Assembly: GCF_000143415.4 (NCBI RefSeq)
Contig: NW_003314287.1
Coordinates: 1,200,203-1,264,202 of the forward strand
From: Selaginella moellendorffii
Lineage: Eukaryota; Plantae; Lycopodiophyta
DNA: 64,000 nt
Reading direction: 5' to 3'
Every line of letters begins with the position of its first letter. Positions within the stretch are counted from its first letter, which is position 1. Positions 63,067 to 64,000 of the stretch are shown piece after piece. A program made the position numbers and the translations under genes. The notes beneath the pieces were generated by a model. The model searched no databases and had not been told where the DNA came from. It was given only the letters and a program-made list of their open reading frames with translations.

Positions 63067-64000
63067 GATGGCATGTATTTATTTAAAAATGTAACTTATT
63101 ATGGCATGGGGTCCATGCCATTGTATTAATATTAAAAGACAATTTTTTGAGAGGATTTGCATTATACTAGAAGTGTTACAACATGTTATTGGAAGTCTAC
63201 GAAGTTGTTTTATTAATAAGGGGAAAGTAAAGATTGAATGGGGACTTGGGCTCCACCTAGACTCGGAGCAATTGAGTCAATATCAAAAGGATGGAAAGAA
63301 ATTAGACGACGATGACAAGGAGAAAAGAGAGGTGAAGTAGTGGCAGGGGGAGGAGAAGTGATTGAGTAGACATTTCCTTGTTTAAAATAAAATGGCATGT
63401 GCCTCAATGCAGTTGAATTTTGTTATATTTATATACTATATAAAGGTTTGGAAACCTTATTTTACAAGTGGGATAATGACAATTCCCACTTTAACGAAAT
63501 AGAGCTTGTAGCATTTATATTCTTACCAATGATAATTTATCTATAGCTAAGCATTTTATTGTTGATAACTTTCTTTTATATTTAACTAATGTATCATTAG
63601 CTAATACTGTTTGACAATGTTTTCATGCTTCTGGTTGAAATGCAAAAGTTGAATATATTGTTGAACCATTTATATTACAAGTTGCTTTTCTTATAAATGC
63701 TAATATTGTTTGTTCTTGTTCAATATTTATATCTTGGTTTCTTTATAGTTTATAAATGTATCCAAAAGTATGTAATTTCTAGTTCCTGCCACTCTTCTTT
63801 ACTGTTTATTAGGTTATTTCATTTTTTATAATATGAAGTCATCATATATTATTCTTTTCTTTTGATTTAAGATTCTTAATAATTGCCTTGTATTGTAAGT
63901 GTTTTTATATATTAATATTTATTATTTAAATTTTATATTTAATTTACATTTAATTGAATATACATGTTTCAATATCAAATTCATCTGTTTAGTTTATATT

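Overview
Gene-dense land-plant nuclear DNA with very short (about 45-70 nt) GT-AG introns and tiny intergenic spacers. This style suggests a lycophyte such as Selaginella (inference only). Host genes in order: PIE1/SWR1 chromatin remodeller (-), GH89 alpha-N-acetylglucosaminidase, plastid-type hexokinase, MnmM/YtqB-like methyltransferase (-), a DCL/DUF3223 protein with a candidate intronic box C/D snoRNA, an RNF10-like RING ligase, an orphan WPNPNYK-repeat protein, a subtilase, callose synthase, a HAL3/PPCDC pseudogene (-), an IRX7-like GT47 (-), a GH28 polygalacturonase (-), a cis-prenyltransferase, a secreted-type divergent PEBP (-) and a broken FCP1-like HAD gene. Two AT-rich TE islands (about 17.1-25.9 kb and 52-64 kb) each hold an internally deleted copy of the same Ty3/gypsy chromovirus family. 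The most striking observation concerns this retrotransposon. It carries two host-sized spliceosomal-type introns that interrupt conserved integrase motifs (YHPQT^DGQTER and KLTQR^FxGPY). It also has a candidate 72-nt leader intron that would excise the LTR 3' end and the primer-binding site. If real, only unspliced RNA could be reverse-transcribed and only spliced RNA could make integrase. All calls are from reading the sequence; no searches were run.
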